A program made the position numbers and the translations under genes. A stretch of 64,000 nucleotides of DNA from Patescibacteria group bacterium (lineage in GTDB: Bacteria > Patescibacteriota > Microgenomatia > UBA10105 > UBA927). Under the pieces are notes generated by a model that saw only the letters and a list, made by a program, of their open reading frames with translations, was not told where the DNA came from and searched no databases. The stretch is taken from the NCBI GenBank assembly GCA_035510735.1, contig DATKGN010000004.1, positions 92,705 to 156,704 of the forward strand. The letters run 5' to 3'. Of the stretch, positions 49,111-59,833 are shown piece by piece; position 1 is the first letter of the stretch; each line of letters begins with the position of its first letter.

Positions 49111-49581
49111 ATGATTACCTGCACATTTGAAAAGGGACAAAAGGCAAGCCTCCGTCATGTCGTTGTCCATATGATTGTCGAAAAAGACGGCGCATTGCTG
49201 TTGGAAAAGAGAACGGGAGACATGCTCGAGACCGGGAAGTGGGGGTTGCCGAGCGGTTTTTTGGAGCGGGATGAGACTGCATCGGAAGGCGCGCTACGGG
49301 AGTTACGCGAAGAGACCGGCTGGGAGGGGAAAGTTATTAATCTTTTCCGCATTAATACGAATCCGAATCGTCCGAAAGAGGATAGGCAGAATATTGCGAT
49401 TGAATTTCTTATTAAGCCGATTAGAAAGATAGGTGAAGCAGATCACGAATCATCACGCGTTGAATGGATTCCGATTGATAAATTATTGCCATTGGGCGAG
49501 TTTGCATTTGATCATGGGGAAAGTATCGGGCATTATCTGAAATACAGAAAGAAGCCTTTTCCGTTGCCGATTTTGGATTAA
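49111..49581 (+). CDS. NUDIX hydrolase
   Basis: Nudix box GLPSGFLERDETASEGALRELREETG. Confidence 0.7.
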   Translation: MITCTFEKGQKASLRHVVVHMIVEKDGALLLEKRTGDMLETGKWGLPSGFLERDETASEGALRELREETGWEGKVINLFRINTNPNRPKEDRQNIAIEFLIKPIRKIGEADHESSRVEWIPIDKLLPLGEFAFDHGESIGHYLKYRKKPFPLPILD

Positions 49582-49597
49582 TCGCAATACTGCAGTT

Positions 49598-50221
49598 ATG
49601 AAATACATCGATCTTACTCACACATTCACCGATAATATGCCCGTTGTTCCTGGTGACCCGGCAACTTCATTAAAACAGATTACTACTATTGAAAAAAATG
49701 GATATACGGATCATCTCCTTACCACGGTTATGCATGTTGGTACTCATTTAGACGCGCCACTCCATATGATTCCTGGAGGAAAATATATAGATGAGATGCC
49801 TGTTGAGCATTTTGTTGGACCGGGTGTAGTTATTGATGTCCGCGGAAAGAATCTGATAGACGAGACTGTTTTGATCGGAAGCAATGTAAGGACGGGGAGT
49901 ATTCTTCTGTTATATACCGGTATGTCCGAACAATTCAGAACGGATACATATAATACCGCGTATCCACGGATTTCGGAATCGTTCGCTAAGGCGGTTGTTG
50001 ACGCTGGAGTCAAAATCATCGGTATTGATATGCTTAGTCCCGACATAGAGGAAACATTTCCTGTTCATAAAATATTGCTTTCCAAAGAAGTTCTTATTAT
50101 AGAAAATCTCACAAACCTTGAATCACTTATCGGAGTAAAAAATTTTGAAGTATTGGCATTTCCCATGAAGCTTCATGCTGAAGCCGCACCCGTTCGGGTT
50201 GTTGCACGAATCCCTAATTAG
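49598..50221 (+). CDS. cyclase-family protein (kynurenine-formamidase-like)
   Basis: HVGTHLDAPLH metal-binding motif. Confidence 0.65.
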   Translation: MKYIDLTHTFTDNMPVVPGDPATSLKQITTIEKNGYTDHLLTTVMHVGTHLDAPLHMIPGGKYIDEMPVEHFVGPGVVIDVRGKNLIDETVLIGSNVRTGSILLLYTGMSEQFRTDTYNTAYPRISESFAKAVVDAGVKIIGIDMLSPDIEETFPVHKILLSKEVLIIENLTNLESLIGVKNFEVLAFPMKLHAEAAPVRVVARIPN

Positions 50222-50257
50222 ACCTTCCTCCCTGTTCGTGATATCCTTCCGTTTGCA

Positions 50258-52081
50258 ATGAGTGATATAGATGAAATTAAATCCAGACTCAATATTGTTG
50301 ACCTCATCGGCAAGCACGTAAAACTTAAGAAGGCCGGCCGGAATTTTAAAGGCTTATGTCCTTTTCATGGTGAAAAAACTCCTTCATTTGTCGTCAGCCC
50401 TGACCGGCAGATTTTTCATTGCTTCGGATGCGGTAAAGGAGGAACCATCTTTGACTTTTTTATGGAATTTCATCACGTCGATTTTGCTGAGGCCCTGGAA
50501 GAGCTTGCAACTGTAGCTGGTGTCAAACTGACAAGAAGTTCGTTTGCATCTGGCGAGAGCAGCGTGAAGCAAAAGATCTATGAGGTAAATCATCTTGCAA
50601 GTGAGTATTACCACTACGTCCTTATGAAGCATCCGTCAGGACAACGCGGGCTCATGTATCTCAAAAACCGCGGTATCTCGGATAAATCCATGAAAACGTT
50701 TTCTCTGGGCTACAGTCCAAACAGTTGGGACGGACTATATAATTTTTTACGGAAGAAGGGCTATGACGATGAGATCATGGAGAAAGCAGGACTTGTCATC
50801 CGGATGGACAGGCAGACGGCAAGCGGAAGAGGTTATTACGACCGGTTTCGGGGGCGGGTGATGTTTACGCTCAAAGACCACCGCGGGAATGTGGTTGGGT
50901 TTGCCGGACGGGTTCTTGATCCGAACGCGAAAGAAGCGAAATACATTAATACGCAGGAAACGCCTGTGTACCTTAAAAGTAATCTTTTGTATGCACTTGA
51001 TGTAACAAAAGATGCAATTCAAAAAGCGAACGAAGCTGTTGTCATGGAGGGAGAACTTGATGTAATTTCATCTTTTCAGGCGGGAATTCCCAATGTCGTT
51101 GCCATTAAAGGTTCCGCGCTAACAGAGGGGCATGTCAGGCTCCTTCGGCGGTTTACCGAACGGTTAACGTTTGCTCTTGACAGCGATATGGCGGGTGACG
51201 CGGCAGCCAGGCGGGGGATTGAAATCGCCGATCACGCAGGACTTGACATGAAAGTCGTGACGCTGCCCTCCGGGAAAGATCCCGATGATGCCGCCCGTGA
51301 AAATCCTGGGCTTCTCAAGAAAGCGATTAAAGACGCAGAGCCCATTTATGATTATTTCCTCGCATCCGTCAAAAAGCGGTTTGACCTTAACTCCACATTC
51401 GGGAAACGGAAAGCAAGCGAAGAACTGATGCCCGTGATCGCGAAAATAGATAATCCGATCGTGCAGAATCACTATGTTAAAAAGATTGCCACACTCCTTG
51501 ATACGTCAGAGGTTGCAATAGATGATAGTCTTGAGCGGGTAGAGCGGGGGTTGCCGCGCGAGAAGCAGGCGCAGCAGGGTGAAGCGACAGCACAAAATAC
51601 GATTCTCTCCCGTCCTGACAAATTAGAGGCATATCTTTTGGCGATGCTTCTTCAGGGGAAGACGACAGACCTCTTCGAAGATTTACAGGAGGCCGGACTT
51701 CTTCCTGAATTTAACAACCCAGCGATTTTGAAGATTATTGACAGCCTTGTGACCTATCTATCGCCGAAAGATGGGGAACCCGAGGGGGCGAAAGTATTTC
51801 TTCTTCGGGATTTCGCCGATTCACTGCCGGCGGAGCTTCTGCCGACGTTAGATGAAGCATGTCTCTGGGATATTGCTGACTTTTTAAGCGATGAGGAATT
51901 ATTTATGCGTGAATGGTTGCGGACGCTCAAAGATTTCCATAAAGTCGTATTACGGCGGAAGATCCAGGATCTTACAAAGGGTACGCAAAATGATTCCCTT
52001 GATTCTTCAAAGTCGGCAAATTTGCAACGGCAACTTACTAAATTGACCGATACGTTACGGGGTCTGGATAAGTCAAGCTAG
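50258..52081 (+). CDS. dnaG: DNA primase DnaG
   Basis: Zinc ribbon [11 protein letters not shown]...CFGCG. TOPRIM EGELD...DSDMAGD. Confidence 0.9.
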   Translation: MSDIDEIKSRLNIVDLIGKHVKLKKAGRNFKGLCPFHGEKTPSFVVSPDRQIFHCFGCGKGGTIFDFFMEFHHVDFAEALEELATVAGVKLTRSSFASGESSVKQKIYEVNHLASEYYHYVLMKHPSGQRGLMYLKNRGISDKSMKTFSLGYSPNSWDGLYNFLRKKGYDDEIMEKAGLVIRMDRQTASGRGYYDRFRGRVMFTLKDHRGNVVGFAGRVLDPNAKEAKYINTQETPVYLKSNLLYALDVTKDAIQKANEAVVMEGELDVISSFQAGIPNVVAIKGSALTEGHVRLLRRFTERLTFALDSDMAGDAAARRGIEIADHAGLDMKVVTLPSGKDPDDAARENPGLLKKAIKDAEPIYDYFLASVKKRFDLNSTFGKRKASEELMPVIAKIDNPIVQNHYVKKIATLLDTSEVAIDDSLERVERGLPREKQAQQGEATAQNTILSRPDKLEAYLLAMLLQGKTTDLFEDLQEAGLLPEFNNPAILKIIDSLVTYLSPKDGEPEGAKVFLLRDFADSLPAELLPTLDEACLWDIADFLSDEELFMREWLRTLKDFHKVVLRRKIQDLTKGTQNDSLDSSKSANLQRQLTKLTDTLRGLDKSS

Positions 52082-52184
52082 ATTTGATATACTTCACAAG
52101 AACCAAGCGGGATTCACTGTCGGGTATACATCGGCGAGTTTCGGCTCTCTGACTGCATACGCTAACAGGAATCTACGGTACAAT

Positions 52185-53273
52185 ATGACCAAACAACGCA
52201 CACTTGCAACTGTTGCTGATCTCATTCACGAAGGCAAAGAAAACGGCTTCGTGACCCAGGAAGACATCCTCTTCCTTTACCCCAAGCCAGAAGAACGCAT
52301 CAAAGAGCTTGATCAACTGTACGATAAACTCATCAGGGCCGGGATTGACGTCTTTGAAACTACCTCCCAGGAAACCGATAAAGAAGCGACAAAAAGCATT
52401 CAGGATCTGGAAAAAGAGATAGAAGCCCTCGCAAAAGCGACCAGTGAAGGTGTATCAGATCCGGTCCGGATGTATCTTAAAGAAATCGGGCGGATACCGC
52501 TTCTTACATTCGCCGATGAGATTTCACTTGCGAAGCGATATGAAAAAGGTGACCGGAAAGCGAAGAAAAAACTTATCGAATCAAACCTCCGTCTCGTTGT
52601 ATCTATCGCGAAAAAATATATCGGCCGCGGCATGTCACTTTTGGATCTTATCCAGGAAGGAAATCAGGGATTAATCCGCGCCGTTGAAAAATACGATTGG
52701 CGGAAGGGTTATAAATTCTCGACATACGCGACCTGGTGGATACGGCAGGCGATTACGCGCGCAATAGCCGATCAGGCGCGCACGATCAGGATTCCTGTCC
52801 ACATGGTTGAAACGATCAACCGGTTTGTGAGGGCTTCCCGCCGGCTCATGCAGGATTTGGGACGCGAACCCACTCCCGAGGAAATTGCAAAAGTCATGGA
52901 AGTCGACGTCACGAAAGTCCGGGAGATTATGAAAGTGTCCCAGGAGCCGACCTCTCTTGAGACTCCGGTCGGCGATGAAGAGGATAGTCATTTGGGTGAT
53001 TTTATTTCCGATCCGGGTCCGACACCGTATGAACAGACGAGCCGGCAGTTATTAAAAGAACATATGGAAGAAGTGCTGACGACTCTCTCCGACCGTGAAA
53101 AGAAAGTACTTATCTTACGATTTGGTTTGGAAGATGGAAGACCACGGACTCTTGAAGAAGTCGGTGCACAGTTCGGCGTTACCCGTGAGCGCATCCGACA
53201 AATTGAAGCGAAAGCCCTTCGGAAACTCCGCCACCCGTCTCGTTCGAAGAAGCTGAAAGACTATTTGGAATAA
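52185..53273 (+). CDS. rpoD: RNA polymerase sigma-70 factor RpoD (short form)
   Basis: Regions 2-4 conserved ([18 protein letters not shown], RpoD box, region 4 HTH). Follows dnaG as in the conserved MMS operon. Confidence 0.9.
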   Translation: MTKQRTLATVADLIHEGKENGFVTQEDILFLYPKPEERIKELDQLYDKLIRAGIDVFETTSQETDKEATKSIQDLEKEIEALAKATSEGVSDPVRMYLKEIGRIPLLTFADEISLAKRYEKGDRKAKKKLIESNLRLVVSIAKKYIGRGMSLLDLIQEGNQGLIRAVEKYDWRKGYKFSTYATWWIRQAITRAIADQARTIRIPVHMVETINRFVRASRRLMQDLGREPTPEEIAKVMEVDVTKVREIMKVSQEPTSLETPVGDEEDSHLGDFISDPGPTPYEQTSRQLLKEHMEEVLTTLSDREKKVLILRFGLEDGRPRTLEEVGAQFGVTRERIRQIEAKALRKLRHPSRSKKLKDYLE

Positions 53274-53777
53274 TTACTTGGCCCCAAGAATCCGCATCAA
53301 TTGTGGCGTTATTTCCGATGATCCTTCCTTATTATTATATATTGTGAGATGCGGGATGCGCACGGGTTCAAAGAGGGCGCTCATATGCCTCAGATACGGA
53401 AGTCCCAGGTTGAAATAGTTTCGTTTCATATACCGTTTTTCCCGGATCGGATTATCGGTTGTAACGAGGATAAATTGTGTAGAGGGAATCGCATCCAATA
53501 ATTGCCTCCGCATGAATTCTTTGATAAACGCCTGATGGACGACGAGCTTTGTTTCTTTGTGCATCAATTTTTTAATTGACGCCACCATATTTTCGATAAA
53601 AGCCTTCCGCATATCATCGGTTATTATTTTTTTCTCGTAGAGGGCTTGTTTCATCTCTTCCGGCAGATCGTCGTCGCCATTATAATGGATATAGCCAAAT
53701 TCGCGTTCAATAACCTTCGCGACATACGATTTGCCCGCGCCCGGGAGGCCAAAAACGACAATGAGTTGACTCTTCAT
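53274..53777 (-). CDS. P-loop NTPase, putative small-molecule/nucleotide kinase
   Basis: Walker A GLPGAGKS near the N-terminus. Start at internal ATG. No further specific motif. Confidence 0.5.
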   Translation of the reverse strand: MKSQLIVVFGLPGAGKSYVAKVIEREFGYIHYNGDDDLPEEMKQALYEKKIITDDMRKAFIENMVASIKKLMHKETKLVVHQAFIKEFMRRQLLDAIPSTQFILVTTDNPIREKRYMKRNYFNLGLPYLRHMSALFEPVRIPHLTIYNNKEGSSEITPQLMRILGAK

Positions 53778-53835
53778 GGCGATCATTGTATCAAATTTCA
53801 GATATAAACCCTTACGCACATGGTAAAATAACGGC

Positions 53836-55014
53836 ATGACGAAAACCCTCGTGAGCTGTGTTGTGGGATTACTCCTTGGAGTTGTGGGTGCCGTTGCATT
53901 TATTTATTTCGGCGGATCGCTTCCTCTTCGGTTTGATAACCCCGCCCTTGCGACACTCAATATCAATAAACCACAGGTTGTCGGATTTTTACCGTACTGG
54001 CTCCTTGATAAAGCGGATAAACCGTATGAGCAGTACATTACGACGCTCACGTATTTCGGCTTGTCTCTCAACAATGACGGAACCATTATGAAACTTACCA
54101 ATCCACAGGAAGAGGAACCAGGATGGACGACGCTCAAAGGTGACGCATATGCTAAACGGATTGCCGACGGCAAAAAAGCAAACTTAAAACAATCGCTTCT
54201 GATCATCAGCGGCGATGATTCTATAATTCATGACGTGCTTCAGGATCCGGTCACAAGCGCCAATAATTTGATGGGCGACGTTGCCCCGATTATGAAAGAT
54301 AAAGGGTTCACCGACCTCAATCTTGATATCGAAAGCTTTATGGCAGCCTCACCAAGCGGACAGGCAGCGTTTACCCAGTTTGTTAGAACGGTAAAAGACG
54401 CGCTGGTTGCCCAACATCTCGGAACGTTGACGTTGGATCTTATCCCCATTTCTCTTGTCAAGTCGACACTCTATGATGCGAAGGCACTTGGAGCGCTCGC
54501 CGATTCAATTGTTCTTATGACCTATGATTATCATTACACCGGATCGTTTACCGCCGGAGCCATTGCGCCGGTCGGAGGGTCGGGAACAACAGTTGAATAT
54601 GACGTTGAGACCGCGGTGAAAGAGGCGCTCAAAGTTATGCCGAAAGAAAAAATACTTCTCGGAATTCCTCTTTATGGTTATGAATGGGAAACGATCGATA
54701 GCGCGACAGAATCAGCAACCATTCCCGGCGGATCGGCAACGGCAAGTACCAGGCGTGTTGCCGAAATTCTCGCGTCGTGTACCAATTGCACCCGTGGGAT
54801 TGATCCCGTATCCCGCGAACCGTACGTCATTTATCCGGAAGGCGATTATTACAATGAACTCTACTATGAAGATGAATCGTCGATGAAGGAAAAAATCGCT
54901 TTGGCCCAAAAATATAATCTCGGGGGCGTCGCACTGTGGGCATTGGGATACGAGGATGATACGATGCTTAAGCCTCTTGTCACCTACAAAAATTCTATTT
55001 CGTTATCATGGTGA
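53836..55014 (+). CDS. GH18-like glycoside hydrolase domain protein with N-terminal TM anchor
   Basis: DLNLDIE (DxxDxE catalytic-type motif) and MTYDYHYTGS typical of GH18/YaaH-like proteins. Confidence 0.55.
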   Translation: MTKTLVSCVVGLLLGVVGAVAFIYFGGSLPLRFDNPALATLNINKPQVVGFLPYWLLDKADKPYEQYITTLTYFGLSLNNDGTIMKLTNPQEEEPGWTTLKGDAYAKRIADGKKANLKQSLLIISGDDSIIHDVLQDPVTSANNLMGDVAPIMKDKGFTDLNLDIESFMAASPSGQAAFTQFVRTVKDALVAQHLGTLTLDLIPISLVKSTLYDAKALGALADSIVLMTYDYHYTGSFTAGAIAPVGGSGTTVEYDVETAVKEALKVMPKEKILLGIPLYGYEWETIDSATESATIPGGSATASTRRVAEILASCTNCTRGIDPVSREPYVIYPEGDYYNELYYEDESSMKEKIALAQKYNLGGVALWALGYEDDTMLKPLVTYKNSISLSW

Positions 55015-55056
55015 TACACAAAATTTAAACTACAATCAATTACACCCATGCAATTC

Positions 55057-55722
55057 TTATTGCAGTGGGTGAACGAAGTAAACGCTTCGCGTAGGATCGT
55101 CTATGTTTGCGCGGTGACCCGCTGTCAGATTCCAAACGTGCGTATTATTGTCATTGTCGACAAGCGCGAATTTGAGAGATCCTGTTTTAACGGTTATGGA
55201 CATATCGGAATCAATGACGTTAATGATCGCTGTCCCGGAATTAATTGATACCAATGTGTGTAAAGCGCGAACAGACATGGGATACCCGCTATCCGTGACA
55301 TCGTACTGAATTTTGCCGCTTTTTTGCTCCAGAACCATATCCGTGGGAAACAGATTAGCAAACGCAAGCTCCGCGTTTTGGTTAAGTGTAGCGGTTACGA
55401 TTCCGCTTACCGTCGCGACGGCTATCCCATTTTCATCGGTTGCGACAGATTCGCCGGTCAGGATTTGCCCACCAGGAGTAGCATCCTGATACGAATCATT
55501 AGTACGCGTCAGCTGCGTTACTTTGTTGTGGAGAATTGTTAACGTGCCGCTTACCGATTGAGATGGGGGAGTGAGAATAAACGGCGTCGGTGAAACCGCC
55601 GGTGATTGAGACGTCATTGAAGTTGGAGTATATGAATTATTGGTATGGCGGATATATTGGAATCCCCACACAGCGATAACGCCGATTGCAAAGAAGAGGG
55701 TGGTAAGTAAGAAGTTTTTCAC
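55057..55722 (-). CDS. secreted hypothetical protein
   Basis: N-terminal TM/signal. T/S-rich region. Confidence 0.35.
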   Translation of the reverse strand: MKNFLLTTLFFAIGVIAVWGFQYIRHTNNSYTPTSMTSQSPAVSPTPFILTPPSQSVSGTLTILHNKVTQLTRTNDSYQDATPGGQILTGESVATDENGIAVATVSGIVTATLNQNAELAFANLFPTDMVLEQKSGKIQYDVTDSGYPMSVRALHTLVSINSGTAIINVIDSDMSITVKTGSLKFALVDNDNNTHVWNLTAGHRANIDDPTRSVYFVHPLQ

Positions 55723-55793
55723 ATAGTGATTATATCATTGGTAGCGCACTAAAACGCTTAAGAATCTGGTATAATACGAACGTTCTTTTACAT

Positions 55794-56091
55794 TCCCCTG
55801 TAGCTCAACGGTAGAGCGGCTTCCTGTCACAAGGCAGCGCCAAATAGCAATATTTGGATGAACATCGGGCTAATTCGGGGGACTCCTGCACCGCGTTGGT
55901 TTAGGACAATCCCGAGCTAAATTTCTTTTGCAACGCAAATGGACTCGTCCTGAGCGAGGTCGAAGGATAAATGTGTAGAGACTATATACCCGACTCCCGA
56001 TTTTATCGGGATGATGAGATAGTCCAGTCTTTTTGGTAACAGAAAGCAAACTGTAAGAAGAAGGTTGCAGGTTCGAATCCTGCCGGGGGAG
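55794..56091 (+). tRNA. tRNA-Asn(GUU) interrupted by a group I intron (exons 55794-55827 and 56054-56091)
   Basis: The joined exons give a canonical 72-nt cloverleaf. Acceptor UCCCCUG/CGGGGGA, D-stem GCUC/GAGC, anticodon stem GCUUC/GAAGA, loop CUGUUAA, T-arm GCAGG-UUCGAAU-CCUGC, discriminator G. Very similar to E. coli tRNA-Asn. Confidence 0.7.
55828..56053 (+). ncRNA. group I (self-splicing-type) intron in the tRNA-Asn anticodon loop, ORF-less, about 226 nt
   Basis: 5' exon ends in U and intron ends in G. P1 hairpin cugu/gcag with a U.G at the splice site. P-like aauucggggga. P7 candidate ggacu (55941-45) with aguCC in the S-like element gagauaguCC (56016-25). 55842-55855 aaatagcaatattt resembles the start of the Tetrahymena LSU intron. 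Confidence 0.6.
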
Positions 56092-56118
56092 CAATTTCTA
56101 CGGATTTCTTCGGATTTT
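56086..56118. repeat. 33-bp direct repeat, copy A (overlaps tRNA-Asn 3' end), putative attL-like site
   Basis: ggggagcaatttctacggatttcttcggatttt. Identical copy at 61616-61648. Confidence 0.7.
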
Positions 56119-56143
56119 ATTACCCTCTGATATACTGCTATTA

Positions 56144-57919
56144 GTGAATAAAGAACTCCTCGAAATACTTTCAGGGTTTAAGCGAACGGTACGGCTCATG
56201 GATAGGTCAGAGAAGATCACGTTGGTTGTGGCCTCCGTTCTCATGCTTATAACCGGCGTGCTGACCAACTTGCCTGCAATAATTTTAGGCCGGTTAGTCG
56301 ACACATTGGTCGGTCATCCGAGTATTCAATTTAGTGCAGCGATTCCGTTTATCGGTCTCATTGTTGTCATCATCATTATCCGTGAGGTGCTCACAGTTAT
56401 CAGAAAATATCTTGTGGAAAACATTGCTGCGCTTACGGAAAAGAAACAAACCGTCGCCGTCATTGACCATCTCTTAAAAACAGATATAGCTGTGATAAAT
56501 GAACAACAGATTGGCTCATTACATGGAAAGGTATTCCGCTCCATTGAAGGTCTGGTGAGTCTGATTAAACTTGGTTTTCTGGATTTTTTTCCCGTATTTT
56601 TTAGTGGCATTGCGGCTATAGCAATAGCATTTTTGCAGAAGCCGCTCCTGGCGTCGGTGATGATACTCGTCATACCCACCGGTCTTTTTATCATCATAAA
56701 ACAAATATCTTCACAAAAGGGCTTACGGGTCGCATTTCTTCGGAAACAGGAGACGATTGATGGAGCTGTGGTAGAAATGCTGGGAGGCCTGGAAACGGTG
56801 AGGGTCGCCAACACCACTGATCAGGAGGTTGGGAAAATCGAGCTCGTCGCGGAAGAGTTACGTAAAAAAGAGATTAAGCATCATATAGCCATGGCCCTGT
56901 TTGATTCTGCAAAATACCTGAATGAGGGATTTTTCTATATTTTAGTTATCAGTCTATCCATACTGTTTTCAGCTCAAGGACTCATCAGCCGCGGCGACAT
57001 ACTTGTATATTCCATACTTTTTTTGAGTATCACCGGCCCACTGCGGGAGATTCACCGGATCCTTGATGAGGCCCATGAAAGTTCCATCAGGGTAAATGAC
57101 TTATATGATCTATTAGGAGAGCCTATTGATGAATCATTTAAAACTACCGCAGGAGGAGTGTCTTCTTTGCCAAAAAGAAAAAATGTCATTGAAATTAATA
57201 AATTATCCTTTAGCTATCCGACAAAGAAGATTAAAGTTTTGGACGGTATCAACTTAACTATTAAATCAGGAGAAAAGATTGGTATCGCAGGTGCCTCTGG
57301 ATGTGGAAAGAGCACACTCATAAAAATCCTTTTACGGCTAGTCCACGGTTATTCCGGCAATGTTACTCTTTTTGGCAAAGACTTGCAGAGTATAACGAGG
57401 GATGAAATTGGCCAGAAAATTGCCTACGTCCCGCAAAAAGATTACATTTTTTCCGGAACGATAAAAGAAAATATCATATATGGGTGTTTCCGGACAGATG
57501 TTTCCGAAGAAGAAGTTATATCTGCGGCTAAGAAGGCTCATGTTTATAAAGAAATCGTTGATTCCTTGGGCGGTTTGAATGGCAGAGTTGGAGAAAATGG
57601 TAATAATCTCAGCGGTGGCCAAAAACAGAGGTTGGCAATAGCCAGGCTGATACTAAAGTCACCGGAGTTATTTATCTTTGATGAAGCAACTTCCGCCCTT
57701 GATAATACCAATGAAGATCTGATTCAGAAAAATATAGAAGAGCTCTATAAGGATAAAACGATGATTACGATTGCACATCGGCTAACCACGCTCAAAAATA
57801 CCGACCGAATATTTGTGCTTGGTCAAGGGCATATAGTGCAAGAAGGAACGTTTGAGGAGTTATCCCATAAAAAGGGGCTTTTCCAGGATTTTTTACAGCA
57901 AAGGATAGAAAAGGTCTAA
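56144..57919 (+). CDS. ABC transporter ATP-binding/permease fusion (type I exporter, peptide/bacteriocin-exporter-like without peptidase domain)
   Basis: 6-TM N-terminal domain. Walker A GASGCGKST, LSGGQKQRLAIARL, Walker B IFDEATS. Confidence 0.8.
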   Translation: MNKELLEILSGFKRTVRLMDRSEKITLVVASVLMLITGVLTNLPAIILGRLVDTLVGHPSIQFSAAIPFIGLIVVIIIIREVLTVIRKYLVENIAALTEKKQTVAVIDHLLKTDIAVINEQQIGSLHGKVFRSIEGLVSLIKLGFLDFFPVFFSGIAAIAIAFLQKPLLASVMILVIPTGLFIIIKQISSQKGLRVAFLRKQETIDGAVVEMLGGLETVRVANTTDQEVGKIELVAEELRKKEIKHHIAMALFDSAKYLNEGFFYILVISLSILFSAQGLISRGDILVYSILFLSITGPLREIHRILDEAHESSIRVNDLYDLLGEPIDESFKTTAGGVSSLPKRKNVIEINKLSFSYPTKKIKVLDGINLTIKSGEKIGIAGASGCGKSTLIKILLRLVHGYSGNVTLFGKDLQSITRDEIGQKIAYVPQKDYIFSGTIKENIIYGCFRTDVSEEEVISAAKKAHVYKEIVDSLGGLNGRVGENGNNLSGGQKQRLAIARLILKSPELFIFDEATSALDNTNEDLIQKNIEELYKDKTMITIAHRLTTLKNTDRIFVLGQGHIVQEGTFEELSHKKGLFQDFLQQRIEKV

Positions 57920-58158
57920 GCAAGTGCGATTCCACTTTGTAATTTCTTTATCTCCTCCCACCGTTGTCTCAATTCACCAATATATCGCAAGTCCTGAAAT
58001 GCCTGAATAATACAGTCGAATTGAAAAGAATCAACCATTATAGTAATTCGAGGTACGGGGAGCAAAATTATTTGGAGCATATTGACAACCTATTTCAGTA
58101 ATCGCGGATGGACGTTCGAACCTCTGATATAATTGAGTAGCAGATTTCATTCCGACGT

Positions 58159-58677
58159 ATGGCAAGTGGTGACCTTATTTTAAAAGCTAAACAACAATCA
58201 ACGTATATTCTATTGATAATTGGACTACTTCTTATAATTGCCTCGCTATTTGTGGCGTTTATTAGCGGATTGCAATTTACGACTTGGTATTTATTAAGTA
58301 TTGGAATAATTTTTGTTATTTTTTCCATCCTTTATCTTGCTAACCCAGGGTATTTGTTGTTAACAAAGGAAGGAATAACAATAAAATATTCTTTATTTAA
58401 AAAATTGCAGACATATAAATGGACTGATATTAAAGATTTTAAAATTTTTGAGAAAAAATTAAATCCGAGAAATGTAACTCTTACAAAAGTTGTAGGCTAT
58501 GTGTTTACAGAAAAATATGTAAATCAATTAGATGGAATTTCTAAATTAGATGCAGAATTTAGCAGAAAGCACAGTATGGAGGATGGTGCGGTTGGATATG
58601 GAGAAAATTATGGCATGGAGGTAACAGGATCGTGCACATTACTTAATCAATGGAGTGCAAAATATAGTAAGGTATAA
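58159..58677 (+). CDS. small membrane protein, possible bacterial PH-like domain
   Basis: Two N-terminal TM helices followed by a soluble beta-rich segment. Confidence 0.35.
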   Translation: MASGDLILKAKQQSTYILLIIGLLLIIASLFVAFISGLQFTTWYLLSIGIIFVIFSILYLANPGYLLLTKEGITIKYSLFKKLQTYKWTDIKDFKIFEKKLNPRNVTLTKVVGYVFTEKYVNQLDGISKLDAEFSRKHSMEDGAVGYGENYGMEVTGSCTLLNQWSAKYSKV

Positions 58678-58801
58678 GTTATTTTTAATCGCCTAATTAG
58701 TATAATAAATAGTCCGAACATCCTCTACCGCTTGGAGCATTTTAATTTTGGAGCATATTGATGCCCCAATTCTTATTACAGTTTACTTCCAAAGGCGATT
58801 A

Positions 58802-59569
58802 TTATTGTTGTTTCTTAACATCTTTGCAGGTAATTGTTAGGTAGCCAATAAAAAGAATAATAAGAATAGTTAAGACTATACTCGTTCGTCCAGTACCAAA
58901 TCCAATACCACCCATATCTGAAGTTCGTCCAAACCAGTCAGCAAATGATGCACCGAACGGTCGAGTCACAATATAGGCAGCCCAGAAAGTCAGTACTTCA
59001 TTAACGCGAAATAGTTTGTGTGCTACCAATGGCAGAGCAAACAATATTGCAAATAGAATTCCTGAAGTTAAATAACCTAAATTTAACGTGATTGCAGTCA
59101 TATCACCTGTTGCAGTACCAAGCGCAAACGTCACTATGACAGTAGCCCAGTAAAATAATTCGCGGCGTGGAGTGTAAATACTATGGATAGAGAGAGTTTT
59201 CTCAGTTTTGTACCAAAAAATAAAGATAATAGTCAATACAATTGCGAAGGATATGGTTGAGATTAGATACGGAATACCTAAAACTATGTGCATCACGTCA
59301 GCAGTCATAGTCCCAAATATGGCAACCATGGTGACAGTGAGCCAATAAATCCAGGCAACGTATTTCCGAACCGAAAACTGTAGCACAATGGCGACAGCAA
59401 ATCCAATGCCTCCTACTACTACAGCGATAACTGGGTTAATATGATGGACCAAGAAGTCAGAAGTTGACTCACCCATTGCCGTCGTGAGTAGTATCATGAT
59501 CCAGAAGAAGATGGTAATTTGGGGTACCTTTAGAAATCCTTGTGTCGTTAGTATCTTTTTAAGATTCAT
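58802..59569 (-). CDS. polytopic membrane protein (COG4705-like, uncharacterised)
   Basis: About 8 TM helices. No catalytic motif. Confidence 0.4.
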   Translation of the reverse strand: MNLKKILTTQGFLKVPQITIFFWIMILLTTAMGESTSDFLVHHINPVIAVVVGGIGFAVAIVLQFSVRKYVAWIYWLTVTMVAIFGTMTADVMHIVLGIPYLISTISFAIVLTIIFIFWYKTEKTLSIHSIYTPRRELFYWATVIVTFALGTATGDMTAITLNLGYLTSGILFAILFALPLVAHKLFRVNEVLTFWAAYIVTRPFGASFADWFGRTSDMGGIGFGTGRTSIVLTILIILFIGYLTITCKDVKKQQ

Positions 59570-59662
59570 TTGTAATATGTGAAATATCTGACGGTTATTT
59601 ACCGATGGAATAATAATACCCTTTCTGTGATCGTATCTCTAGAGCAAAGCAGAAGTGCTATA

Positions 59663-59833
59663 TCAGAAATTTAAGATTAAATAGTTTCGAACATCGTCTA
59701 CTGCTCGGAGCAAAAGTTGATTATCGGCGTAATTTAGTATTGTATCAAAGGGTTTTATAGCTTCATAGTGCACCGTTTCACCATCTACCTTAAGGTTCTG
59801 AAGTACAAGTTTAACTAACTGACGTTTTTTCAT
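59663..59833 (-). CDS. small ORF (56 aa), hypothetical. An upstream in-frame start-less remnant suggests a decayed gene
   Basis: ATG preceded by AAGGTG. Translation MKKRQLVKLVLQNLKVDGETVHYEAIKPFDTILNYADNQLLLRAVDDVRNYLILNF. Not in the supplied ORF track (<60 aa). Confidence 0.2.
   Translation of the reverse strand: MKKRQLVKLVLQNLKVDGETVHYEAIKPFDTILNYADNQLLLRAVDDVRNYLILNF

Noticed and set aside
53274-53837. Full 187-aa ORF as annotated
   Set aside because: The first 20 codons precede the Walker A and overlap the convergent rpoD 3' end. The internal ATG (MKSQLIVVFGLPGAGKS) is the more plausible start. Gene kept, but shortened.
55870-56304. Two minus-strand ORFs (74 and 68 aa) spanning the tRNA region
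   Set aside because: They overlap the tRNA-Asn 3' exon, the group I intron and the direct repeat. They start with TTG, and their translations are low-complexity. Called artefacts.
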